A stretch of 64,000 nt of DNA, from the NCBI GenBank assembly GCA_028023455.1, contig JAQFVV010000003.1, forward strand, positions 26,722,001 through 26,786,000. The letters run 5' to 3'. Positions 25,816 through 38,221 of this stretch are shown piece after piece. Within the stretch, counting starts at the first letter, position 1; each line of letters begins with the position of its first letter. This stretch comes from Epiperipatus broadwayi. Its lineage: Eukaryota; Animalia; Onychophora. Under the pieces are notes generated by a model. That model searched no databases. It was not told the DNA's origin and was given only the letters and a program-made list of their open reading frames with translations. The position numbers and the translations under genes are program-made.

Positions 25816-28679
25816 GATGAATATCTAGTTTAAAATGCTTCCCAGTAAAGTGAAATTTTTTGTTCTGTTAGCTCTAAAGTCTAAGGATATGTGGTAGGAT
25901 AAAGTTAATATCAAAAGCATAACATGAACATTTTAACTGCATAAAACCATTATTTTTCAATGCTTATACTTTAACGTAGTTTTGCCAAGGAAATGTTGCT
26001 ATAAAAATTTATTAAATATTGGCACCTTTTGATATTTAATCTTATGAAATTGATAACTCAAATGAAGAAGACGATATTATAGAATGAAACAGCTAGGTAA
26101 AAAAAAAAAAAAAACTCAAGTGTTGGCAAAAAAATTAAGAAAAGCTATCATAAATAAACTGATATAACAGAAGAAGTAGACATTCCAAAAATTACTGAAA
26201 AGAAAATGAATATATTTTCGCAAAATTTTGCAGTCTAATCTAATGGGAGTAATTTGAAGAGATTGAATTAGTGACCAGATATAATACTAAAAATCTGACC
26301 CTTAAAATAGTCATATCTTAAAATGAAATTAAAGAAAGAATTAATAAGTCAAATTGATGGTGTACATTTATTTATTTCAGATTGAATTAATGAAGCAGAT
26401 ATAATACTAAAAATTGATGGTGTACATTTTCATTTGACTTTTTTTAAAAAAAAACAGTTTATCCAATAACTCTGTTTAATTAATGATTTTCATTTTTTTT
26501 TTTTTGCAAAACGAAAAAGGGAATGGTATCTAAATAAATTAATATAATTTAGAATTGAAAGAACACATTTAATAACTTATTTAAATATATTTCTCTAGAG
26601 AAAAATAAAAGAAATTTTAATCTCAAATTATAATTACTCTTGATTACAATGGTAATGCATTGATTTGTTTTTTAACCTATGATCTATCGATTATTGGGGA
26701 GGGGGCATGATATTCTCACAAGGGATTCATGAAGATATGAATTAATGCTTGCGAGTTTTTTAGAAGTAAATAAAATGATTAAATGAATTAATGAAAAGAA
26801 GGAAGAAAAGGAAATCAATAACAAAATGTTTTCCTTCTCTTGCTTGTATAAAACTTGGTTTTAAATATTTGGTATATCTTAAAATTTTGAATCTCAAAAT
26901 TGTTTTGACTTCTTTCATTAAGATTATTTATAATTATATGAATGAAATTCTCTGCTATCTAATTACTATATCTGCCTTCAGGCAGAAAGTTTAATGTACA
27001 ATGTATTTTAAATATTACAATTAATGTAAATTACATCTCCAAACAGTTTTTAATTGAGAGCAAATTTTTCCAAAAATATCAGAATATTTAAATCTACTTT
27101 CATAATGTATTTGAACTGAATCAGTCATGTCAGATTGTCCAGGCTCAAACTGTATATTACCCAAGAATATTTGAAATGTAATTTATGCCTGGGACACTTG
27201 ATATGATTGATTCAGTTGAAATGTTGCATTAGGGAACAGATTTACATTTGTTAATATTTTTATACACTTAAGAATATTTATGATGTAATTTGTGCATGGG
27301 TTAGCTAATGTGGTGATGATTCAGTTGAAGTATATCATGGAGGCAAGTTTACCTTGTTATTTTTGAAATGGGCTGCTCTTATGTTTTTAAAAAGTGACTG
27401 AAATTTTAATTTCACATTAATAGTTATATATATGCATTTTTTAAAAAAAAAAAAATCAGATGTGCAATAAATAATTAATTTAAGTAAAATGTGGGTATAT
27501 TTAATCTTGAAAAAAATTAATTTAGAGTTATATATCTGAATTTATAAAGTTCAATATTTAACGTTTTTAATGTGATTGTCAAAATTTACTTTGTCAGATT
27601 AATTTTTAAACTTTATAGTATTTGGCTTTTGAAAGAATAACATTTGTAATTTAAAAGATATAACTAAAACATTAATAATCATTACTGTTTTAATGTTTGC
27701 ATTTAATATTTGTTTTAAGTTGCTAAAAGTATTTAAGTGGTTTAAAAACTTGGAACATTTATAGAGAAACAAAAGATCAAAGGTGTGTGGTTAAATTGTT
27801 ATTACCTAATTACTTAATTAAAAAATAATAATAATCTAGAGGAGAGAGAAGTTTTTGCAAAGACTTTTGAGACTGTAGTATGAAAGGGCCAAACCACATT
27901 AATTTAAAAACTACAATATCTGCAACATTGAAATTTATTAAATTAAAAGTTACTGCTTTTAATATATTAAATTAATTTTCAGTTGTCTTTGACAAGTATG
28001 GTCTGTAAATAAAATATGTTAAGAATATATTTAATGTTTTCATTATTTCTCTTAGTATGAAATGATATTAATGTTGCCTTTATTTTAAAAACATTAAATA
28101 ACAAATGTGTATTATATATCACAAATATAAACTTCTGGTTTATAAATGTAAATTGCATACACCTTTTTTTTTTTTTTTGAATCTGTAGTATCAGCTAATA
28201 TCTATGCACTAACTTATAGAGGTTTAGCATTAGGATTATAAGAGTAATAGTTCATAATCTATATATTATTGTTGTATCAAGGGAGATAGACAAAACTTTT
28301 ATTTTGTGATTATATGAGTCATAAATATTAAGAATACTGTTTTGTTAAGCTTTATCATTGTTATTGTTTTGAATAAGAGAAATTATCAGATGCAGGAAGA
28401 AAACAAATTGGAGAATGATGAAATGCTACACAAATTTGATTGGAATATGGAGTGATAGTACTATGCAATGATTATTCAAGCTTTCAATAGATAGCTCTAA
28501 AGTAGAGTGATGATGATCCCAAAATTCATATGTTCTTCCACTTAACTGATTACACTGTTGGAATATAACTACTTATTTATATAACATGATCCTTATATCA
28601 GTAAATTTTCATTAATTAATAGTGATCACTTATGTTTATTGCTTACAGGTAAGTTTTTTTTACATGTCATTATTTACAT

Positions 28680-31337
28680 CAGTGTCTGCCAAACTGTGTG
28701 ACATGGCAACTAGTAAGCCTTGAGAGATTCTATGTGAGCCATGAAAGATTTTAAAATATAGATAATAACATGCAAAGACATCATGGCCCATTCAACTGTG
28801 AGTTACCCTGTGGTAGTTTTGGGAAACAAAGATCTGAGAACATACACAAAGCTTGAGTACAAACTGGAATAATATACCATGTTGAGTATTTATAATGGCA
28901 GCAGACAGAATAGGGCAGTAGTTATCTTGATAAAATGCCATCTGTGGTTAAAATAAATTGAATAATTTGTTATATAAATATTAGTGATTAGTTAAGAATT
29001 AGTTAGTTGAAAATAGTTGTAATTGTAAATATAGCATAAAATACTGTAAATCTAAATTAATTACATTACATGATAAACAGCAGGGTTGTTATAATACATT
29101 ACATTTCTGATTAATAAAGTTAAACTGGGATTGTCTGTAAGTAAATTGTTTAGTTGCTCTAGTAGTTTTTAGTTTATGACTTATTTATAATTTACATAAA
29201 TTATTTTATGTTAATTTTAGTCTATGTTTAGTGAAGAGAAAATATTTTAAACGTGGATAAAATTTTTATTGAGTCATCAAAAAAATGAGGGAGTCATAGT
29301 AAACATTACGAATATCAGAATAAAAAGTCCACCTCATCAAAATGAAAATATAATTAAAATTGCATACAATGTGGCAACTCAGTTCATTTTGTATGATTTG
29401 GTTATTAACACTCTCAAATGAAGCAATGAATCCCAATAAACTTCGATGTCATTTAATAACAAATCATAAGGGCAAACAAAAGAATACTTTGAGATGCTAA
29501 AAAATAATTTAAAAATTTAATCAAAAAGGCTGAATAAATTTTGCTCAATTCCTGAGAAATCTCAAATCGCTAGTTACAAGTTTGTCCAGCTTTTGGCAAA
29601 GAGAAAAAAAAAACACATTTTGATGCCAAAAACATTTTACCAGCCTTGGAGATTGCTATTGACACAATGATTAATGATGAAGTCATCAAATAAATTAAGA
29701 TGATTCTTGTCACCCCCATACAATTTCCAGTAAAATTCAAGACATTTCATGAGACATTGATGATCAGTTCCATGAACATTTCACTGAAGCAAAAAATCAA
29801 CTCAAAAACTATAATTATAAGCCTTACAAATCAATGAAAGTACAGATATCAGCAATTAAGCTCAACTAATTTCATTTCTGCAAATCATCAATGGTGGTAA
29901 AATCATGTCAGTTTTTCTTTTGCTGTGAATTGAAAGAAAGAATGACAGGAGATGTCTTTACAACCAAAATGTCATATTGAAAAGGATGCAATGGTAAACT
30001 TGTATTAGCATTTTCACTGATGGCACTCCATCCATGCAAGATTGAAAAAAAGGCTTTGTGACTCATGTATTGCAAAAAAATTCACAAGTTAAAATTGTAC
30101 ATTGCATAATTCACTGTGAAGTTTTGGTGTCAAAATCTCTACCTGATGGTCTCCTGAAGATGATGGACAATGTTATTAAAGTGGTGAATTACATAAAATC
30201 ACATTCCCTACATTGCAAATTTTTTCCATCCCTATGTGAAACTATGGTTTAAAATAATTTGTAGGTGTTTACTGCTTCATACAGAAGTGTGATGACTCTT
30301 GAAAGAAAAAGTGTGTGTATGTTTATCTCTTTGCGAATTGAAATAATATATTTTATTGATGCTGAAAATTTTGTATTTGAATTTCTTAACAATGATAATT
30401 GGTGGCTGAAAGTAATATTTCTCAATGATCTTTTTTAAAAGTTGAACATTTTAAATTTGATTCTACAAGGAGTGAATGAAATATCACTACAATTATAGAC
30501 AAATTAAAGTCTTTCACCAATTTGTTAGAACTGTGGACTAGGAAAATTAAAAACTCACAGCTTGATTGCTTCCAGGTATAGAGGCTTTTCCAAACAAATT
30601 TAAAATATTGCCAGAAATGCAGAAGACAATAGAAAACATCTCTGTATCAATTTCTAAGTATTTTCCATCATTTTATTAGCGAATGTATCAGTGGGTCATC
30701 AATCCTTTTACAAGATATGACAGTACACACCTGCCATTAACCTTAACAGAAAAAGAAAATTCAATACATTTGAAAAACAATCGTGCACAAAGCCGCTTTG
30801 GAGCCAATATCTTTGATTAGCTACTACAGCCATTAAATATCTGTTGTCCTTTGGATCATTGTATCTTTGCAAATTAGGTTTCTCCCTGCTTATAGAAATA
30901 AAATTAAAAAAAATGGGAATGATTACAGATGGTAGATAAGGAGTTATGTGTTTGTTTATCTAATTTAGAGCTACGTTTTGACAAAATTCTCAAAATCAAT
31001 TGCATTCTTCTCATTAATAACGTTATTGTTGTATTATATTACCTATGTATATTATATGTTCATAAAACAATGTTATTTTATTGTTACTATAATAAAAAAA
31101 TATTTATTTTTATTCATACTAATAAAGTATATTTAATTTTAATATTTAACACAGCATTACGTTGTTGAACATGCGCTTTGAAGATTTTAACTATAAATGA
31201 ATGAATACTAACACTAAACCACATGATAAAGTCTTTGGAAAAGATATTTAATTTTGTTGGGATTTTTATTTAGTGTGCTGCAAAATAAATTCTCCTCGCC
31301 CAGTGTACCATAAGTTAAAAAAGTTTGACAGATACTG
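28680..31337 (+). mobile_element. Full-span but decayed hAT transposon, Buster/Charlie (ZBED5/SCAND3-like) group
   Basis: TIRs CAGTGTCTGCCAAACT / AGTTTGACAGATACTG. 8-bp TSD ATTTACAT / ATTTATAT fits the NNNTANNN pattern. Motifs KLRCHLITNH, LQINESTDIS and VHCIIHCEVLVSKSLP...VIKVVNYIK are present. Confidence 0.9.
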
Positions 31338-32035
31338 ATTTATATCAATAAAATTGCGTTTCGGATTTTCTTCATGAGTCTGTGTTTGTATATGTTTAAT
31401 CATCTTTCAAAAGGAAATTTTATTCATATATGGTTCATAATAATTAATCTCTCGATATTTAAAATGTTAAATTAATACACACAGAAACATTGGAAATGCT
31501 CTTCACTTGATAAGATAAAGCTCTATAGACTAAATGGCCAAATATGGTTTTAATCATTGATATAGTTTAATCATTTACCAGAATAATCATATTACATATT
31601 TACTAAAAACAGTTGGTTGTTTTATACTTATTGATAAATATAAGTTTTATAACATTTGTGTATATATTTTCAAATTACTTTTGTGTTAATGCATTATAAA
31701 TATTGTGTTATTATAAAAATATGAAATTAAAATTAACATTGAATGCATGGAAAAAAAAAGATAACAATTAATGAAAGGAAATTTTAAAAATTACCAAGAT
31801 TAGCTAATTATTTTGAAAAAATTAGTTTTAATAAAAATAATTTCAATTAAAAATGAAATTTATACTGGTTTCAAATGGAATCTGATATTGATACTAAATC
31901 AGAAAACTTACCTTTCACTTCAATAATGGATATTGTAAATAATATTATTTCCAGTGTTAGACAAAAGAAATTAGACTTGGAAATTGACACTAAAAATGTA
32001 AAAGATATTATGGACAAAGGAAATTCTAAAGAACT

Positions 32036-33410
32036 TATCATCATCATCAACCATTATCAATACACTGCAGGATGAAGGTCTCTCCAAGTTCAATCCATCT
32101 TCTCCGATCTTTAGCTTCTCTTCTCCACATCACCCCTGCCCACTTTTTTATTTCATCCATCCATCTCATATGTGGTCTCTTTCTGGGTCTTTTACAATCT
32201 TTTGGGACTACAGTTTAAGATTTCAATTGTCCATCTATTATCACCTCTTCTAGCAATATGTTCAGCCCAACTTCATTTCAGTCTTTTAATTTTTTCAATG
32301 AGGTCAATAACACATGTTTGTTCTCTTACCCATATATTGCATTTTTGATATCTTCTTATTATCCCCAACATGCCTCTTTTCATACTTCTTTGAGTGGTCT
32401 GAAAGCCTCTGTATTGCTCTTCTATTAAGTGTCCAAGTCTCAGATCCATTTTTAAGAACTGGTAAAACACATTTATTAAAAACCTTCCTTTTCAAACACA
32501 TAGGCATATTTCCTTTTAGTATCAAGTTATTTCTACCAAAAGCACTCCAACTAAGTTTAATTCTATGATTAATTTCATTTAATATGTTTTCATCTGTATT
32601 AATAATCTGACCAAGGTATTTGTAACTGTTAACTTCTTCTAACTCATCATAATCAATTTTTATTTTCATATTTTGAGAAAATCCATTAAACATTACTTTA
32701 GTTTTTTTAACATTTATCTTTAGTCCTACTTTCTTACTTTCATCTGATAACTCCTGCAACATTTCCTGCAGCTCTAAAGCATTATTTGCAAAAACAACTA
32801 CATCATCTGCAAAATCTAAATGACTTAAATAATCTCCGTTTACTTCCACTCCTTTAGCTTCCTATTTTAACCCACAAAATACTTCTTGCAGCACTGCTGT
32901 AAAAAGTTTTGGAGATATGGAGTCACCCTGTCTTACACCCTTCTCAATGTTAACTTTCTTAGTATCATTATGTAATCTAATTGTTGCTGTTGCATTTTTA
33001 TAAATATTCTTTAAAATATGACAATATCCTGGATCTATACTTTGATGATTCAATGCTTTAATTACTGAAGAAATGTTTATAGAATCAAATGCCTTTTCAT
33101 AATCTACAAATCCAAAGCATAATGGCAACTCATATTCATTTGTCCTTTCTATAACTTCTCTCAATACCTGGATATGATCTACTGTACTAAAACCACTTTT
33201 AAATCCAGCTTGTTCTCTTGGTTGGTGGAAATCCAATGTTCTCTGTAGACGAGTTGTAATTATCTTGGTAAAAATTTTATATAAAACTGATAAAAGTCTG
33301 ATAGGTCTGTAATTTCTAATATCTTCTTTATCACCTTTTTTAAATATTAATATTACTACTGCATTCTTCCAATCATCTGGTACATCTTTATCATTTAGAC
33401 ATTTAGTGTA
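32036..33410 (-). mobile_element. 5'-truncated RTE-clade LINE (RT domain to 3' end)
   Basis: NYRPIRL, EQAGFKSGFSTVDHI, FVDYEKAFDSI, GVRQGDSISPKLF, HLDFADD, YKYLGQ and YGSETWTL-like motifs; (TGA)n tail at 32036-32047. Only a few frameshifts. Confidence 0.95.
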
Positions 33411-33479
33411 TCACAAATTAAATATTTTATTATAAAAAATAAACCATATCAACTAAGATTATTTATGCACAGTGTGGAT

Positions 33480-35310
33480 GGGCAAAAAAAAATATTTTGA
33501 ATTCTACACAAAACTATCAAAAACTGGTACCAGCTGTGAAAATCATAGCTTTGTTATTTGAAAATGTTACGAAGTTGTTGTCTAATTGTGACAGATTCAA
33601 AAGATAAAGATCTATGGGTGAATAGATTTGATAATTACAGACATTAAAGTCAAGCTCCAAATAGGCATGAAAGTTCAAAGTTACAGTTAAAAATCTGTCA
33701 AATTTATGCATAATTGAAAAAACTTCATTGATAGTCATTTTTTAAAAAAAGAAATTGGAATAGAGTCCAATTATTGGGGAAAAGTTTTTCATAAAATGTT
33801 TAACATTACTACTATATTAGCCAGATCAAAGGTCGTTTTCAGAAGTTACAGAAAAGATTTTTATAAAGAGAAGATTCTTTGGGAAATTTTATTAATATTA
33901 TTAATTTGTTAGTAATTTATAATTCAGTTGTGAATTATTCAAAAGAAATCAATTTAAAATTAATATTGCTATTTAGTTCCAAAATGAATGTATACATATC
34001 TTAGCAATAGAAACAAAAGAAAAATAATTTCATTTATTTGAAAGGCATCATTCTTGATTCTATCATAGATATCCATAAATGTGATCAAATTTGCACTGAT
34101 ATAATATTTATAGTAATAATTAAAGATAGTAATGAGAAAATAAGTATAGAGTAATATGTTAGAATAATAAACTGACAAAGTTATAAATAACATGTTATTT
34201 GTATTAAAAAGTGAAATTTTAAATTTTAAAATATTTTGTGGGTAAGACTATGTTGGTGCAGCATATGTGAGTGCCATCTATGGAGAAGTATAAAATTTTT
34301 AAAGAGACATAACCAAATGTAGCATATGTGCATTGTGGCAGTGACAATTTAAATTTAATAATTAATGATAGTATTAAAAATATTCAACTAATCATTAAGT
34401 TTTCTCAAAAGTACCCTAAACAATGGCAATTGCTAAGTGAAATGTTTGAACTAAATAAACATACAGTGAAATATTGTGTCCTACAAATTGATTCTTTAGA
34501 AACAATAAATTCATCTTGTGAAATTTTTTAGATTATTGGCAAAAATAATTTTGACTTCCAATAATACTGGTGAAATAAATGAAGTCAAAGCAATTGAGAA
34601 TTGTTTAGAAAGATGAAATATTAAATTCAATAAATGTAGCATCAGAAGTTCATCAAAACAAAAATATGGATTTCCAGAGGAAAATTTATTAAATTTAAGA
34701 AAATTTTTTATCCATATTCATCAAAATTTTTTCAAAATTGCAAATAAATGGTAGAATGATTGATTTTTTGAAGAAAATACAACACTAAAAGTTAAATGAT
34801 ATCTTAAAGAACTTTCTGAAGATGAAGCGATCACAGATTCTAAATTATCTAATGATTATTATGCATTATTGGATATAATTTTGAATCATATTTACAAATA
34901 TTTCATAGCATTAAATGAAATAGTTAACTCATTTATATATATATATCTGAAAAGCCATTCTTTAGCAAAGTTTGAAATGCAATATTTTTTTATTATACCT
35001 GTGACATATTGCAAACATTGAATGATATTTTCTAAGTTAAAGATAATAAAAAATTATTTAAGAATTTCTAGAGCCAAATTAGATCATTTGATTTAAATGT
35101 ATTATTGTCCAGAAAAGCGAAATTATTAAATCTCTGAATGTAGAAAATATTACTAATGTATTTGCTAATGCTAAAGTTAGAAAATTAAACTTAAATAAAT
35201 ATAATATTTAATTTTGTGTAAATATTTTTATTTTTCTTATGGATATATTCTAGTGGAGAGCTCCCCAAAAAGTTTTGGTTCAGGTGCCAATAAGTCAGTT
35301 ATATTACTAT
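33480..35310 (+). mobile_element. Decayed hAT transposon, Tip100/ZMYM1-like
   Basis: RHESSK (TTF-type zinc-finger region, ~33660), VHCGSDNLNLIINDS (34325) and FSKLKIIKNYLR (dimerisation domain, ~35030). Appears internally deleted. Confidence 0.7.
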
Positions 35311-35748
35311 ATATTATCTTGACCAAAGGATGAAAGATGGCTATAATAGACATAAAACTGAAGCTCCTAAAGTACAAAGTTATTAGCATAGAGTCAAATC
35401 TATATAACTATATAGATAAATTAGCTTGGATTCAAAATTTTAGGGCTGTTTTGAATTTCAGGTTATTAAATTAATAGTACAGAAAAAATAAAAGGTGGTT
35501 CATGTAAGGTACATTGATTAGGTTCATAAGTTTTGTTTAATGAAAGTCATAATCTAGAAATTAGTTGGGAATATGAATATAATAGCACTGCTATCTGATA
35601 TCTATTGATTATTTCATCTTATAGTAGATGAAATAGAGTAGTGATTTCTGATCTAAAAAGCAATTTCAATATTTTTTATTAACAAATTTCAATTATACTT
35701 ATTAATAACTGAAACACAGGCTTACTATATACCATGTGTCTATATATG

Positions 35749-35980
35749 TAATATAGGGTATATGAGCACAGACTTTCACATGACCCACCACTCTCCACTC
35801 TATCTAATAACACTGATACACTCAAGCACATATATGCTGAAAAGATAAATAATCACCAATATACGTATATTGGTGATTATTTATCTTTTCAGCATATATG
35901 TGCTTGAGTGTATCAGTGTTATTAGATAGAGTGGAGAGTGGTGGGTCATGTGAAAGTCTGTGCTCATATACCCTATATTA
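35749..35980. repeat. Perfect 232-bp palindrome with no spacer
   Basis: 116-bp arms match base for base around the ATAC|GTAT axis (35864/35865). The arm is homologous to 44871-44997. Confidence 0.97.
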
Positions 35981-36267
35981 TATACTTATTAAATAAAATA
36001 TCCCATGAGTTTATCCATTTACTAAATGTCTGCAATAGAAGTAGCAATTGTCATATGTACATAACTATTCAAGCAAGTTGGTTTGCCTTTTAAACCTTAA
36101 AAGGGTTTAAATACCAAGTTATTAGATTGCATAATAGTGAAGATGATTGCTAGATGTGTGAGTTCAAATCCTGCTCTCTGGTGATGTGAAAATATCACTA
36201 CCATATAAAATTCATTGATTACTGAAGCTTATTGTACTCTACAAGTGATGTAAAGATAACTACCATA

Positions 36268-36357
36268 CATACTGATGACTCAGTTGGTTAGAGCGTTACC
36301 TTAAATTTCAATAATCAAGAATCTAAGGACCCAGGTTCGAATCCCATGCTAGTACCG
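36268..36357 (+). mobile_element. tRNA-derived (tRNA-Phe-like) SINE head / tRNA pseudogene
   Basis: A-box TGACTCAGTTGG (36276-36287) and B-box GGTTCGAATCC (36334-36344). GAGCGTTA...ATCTAAGGACCCAGGTTCG resembles tRNA-Phe. The anticodon region is expanded and the acceptor stem is poor. Confidence 0.7.
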
Positions 36358-36365
36358 TCACTGGT

Positions 36366-36433
36366 CAGGCCAGCAACACCTGAAGAAGAGGGGAGAAAAA
36401 TACCTCTCGAAACATTGTGCGTATACTAACCTG
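36366..36433 (+). ncRNA. Degenerate minimal type-I hammerhead ribozyme
   Basis: CTGAAGA (36380-36386) plus one extra A; stem II GAGGGG/CCTCTC; GAAA (36409-36412); CATT (an ACGT palindrome if CpG-decayed); stem I CAC/GTG plus CAGGCCAG/CTAACCTG with 2 mismatches. Confidence 0.5.
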
Positions 36434-36524
36434 TTTGCTGTGATATTACTAACAGTTAGTGCATATACTAACCTGTTTGCTGTGATATTATTAACATTTG
36501 TTTGCTGTGATATTACTAACAGTT
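36422..36524. repeat. Short tandem tail repeat
   Basis: TGTTTGCTGTGATATTA(C/T)TAACA occurs three times. Confidence 0.85.
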
Positions 36525-37860
36525 GAATGCATTTGGAATATTTAACTAAAAATTAAACTTTTCTAAAGACATTCAACACACATATTAGATGATGGAAATA
36601 GTCCAATATAAAAATACTACCATACATACTGTCTTGCATAAAAGTAAAAATAAATTATTTATATATAATTATGTTTGTTATTATTGAATTCATCATAGTA
36701 TAATTCGTTTTGTTTACTGTGTTAAGTGATTTTTTTTAGTGTTATTTAATAACTTTTAAATATGTGAATTCATTGCATGTATTTTTTATATGTTTTTACA
36801 CTAGTTATTAAATCTTTTTGTAATTCTATAATTTTTTTTTTTTTTTGCTCTGTTTTTCTGCAATAATCGTAATGGTTCAGAAAATATTAAAACATTTTTA
36901 ACAACAAAACAGGTTTGAATATGTAATAAAGAAAATTTAATTAAAGCTGAATAGACCTAGAAGAATAATGGTTAAGGCATCTACATCTACATGAATCTTT
37001 GAAATTCTTTCAGGTGCCAACCCCCCCCTCCTTTTTTCCCTTATAGTCCAGCCTATAATCTTCCTATACAATCTAGCTATACAATATTTGTTAGTAAATG
37101 GGTATCTAGATATTATTAGATAGAGAGCAAAATTTTTAATGTGAATTTGTCAGATGAATGTCAAAGCTGTAATTTAAACAAAAAATATTATAGTACATTG
37201 CATATTTCACAATTAATGGAGAAATCATCATTTTTCTACAGGTGCCCTACCTATGAATTGCCTTTTATACAGATGCTCTACCTATGAATTACATTTTATT
37301 TTTTAAATGCTCTCTAACCATTTTTACCAATAAATAATTCAATTAAAATTTCATCGTTTGCTGCAGATTTATTAGTTTATTATATCTTAATCATAATATC
37401 ATTGCTTGTTGCATAGTCTATTTGGCCTTATATAGCTTTTGAAACAGATTAAACAGATGTCAAGCCCATTGATTGCTTCAGCATCACAATCAATGGAAGT
37501 TTCAACAGTCTCTTTAACTTATTAAATGTAAACTTGTAAAGGAATCAATTATGTGTCATTGTTATCAACATATAATTGTACATTTGTGAAATTTATGGTT
37601 AGATAAATAATTTTTATACATTTATTTTTAAATTAAACAAATATTTATGATAAAAATTAGTATTACTAATTAAATGATATGGATCCCTCCCCCATATGAT
37701 TAAGAATCCATAAAATATATTTATTTATGCATATATCAAAATATTTTGGTAAAATAATTAGATTACGTTATTATATTTTGTTTGATTCCTCAATTTCAAG
37801 TGTGATCTCACAAAAGAAATTAATTATAAATTTATAATAGCAAATAAGAAAACATATAGG

Positions 37861-38032
37861 TATAATATTTAAACAGCATTAAACTGTTACACATGCGCTT
37901 TGCATGTGCAACAGTTTAATGCTGTTTCTTTTCCAAAGACTTTATCATGTGATTGAAGTGTTAGTATTCATTCATTTTATATTTAAAATCCAAAGCGCAT
38001 GTGCAACAGTTTAATGCTGTTTAAATATTATA
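37861..38032. repeat. Fold-back copy of the 18488/31141 repeat family
   Basis: 42-bp inverted arms 37861-37902 / 37991-38032 (1 mismatch), plus a 26-bp direct repeat 37902-37927 / 37997-38022. Confidence 0.9.
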
Positions 38033-38118
38033 GTTTATAAAAAACATCGCGCTATATAAAATAATTGACTTATTTACAAACATATAGGTAATAAAACTAC
38101 AAAACTCAATATACTGTT

Positions 38119-38221
38119 AAAATGTATGGATAAAGGCATATATAAAAAGCAAATAAACCTCAGGATGCATTTATGGCAGAAGTTTATTTGCTTTTTATAT
38201 ATGCCTTTATCCATACATTTT
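38119..38221. repeat. Perfect 40-bp inverted repeat with 23-nt loop
   Basis: 38119-38158 is the exact reverse complement of 38182-38221. Confidence 0.95.

Noticed and set aside
35749-35980. Simple whole-genome-amplification fold-back chimera as the explanation for the perfect palindromes
   Set aside because: The sequence returns to different unique flanks on both sides after short arms rather than continuing as a mirror image. Not fully excluded without reads.
36272-36296. CTGATGA followed by a CTC/GAG stem as a hammerhead
   Set aside because: This is the tRNA D-arm; it is followed by CGTT, not GAAA.
36268-36357. Functional tRNA gene
   Set aside because: The acceptor stem pairs only about 5 of 7, no 7-nt anticodon loop is identifiable, and there is no T-run terminator.
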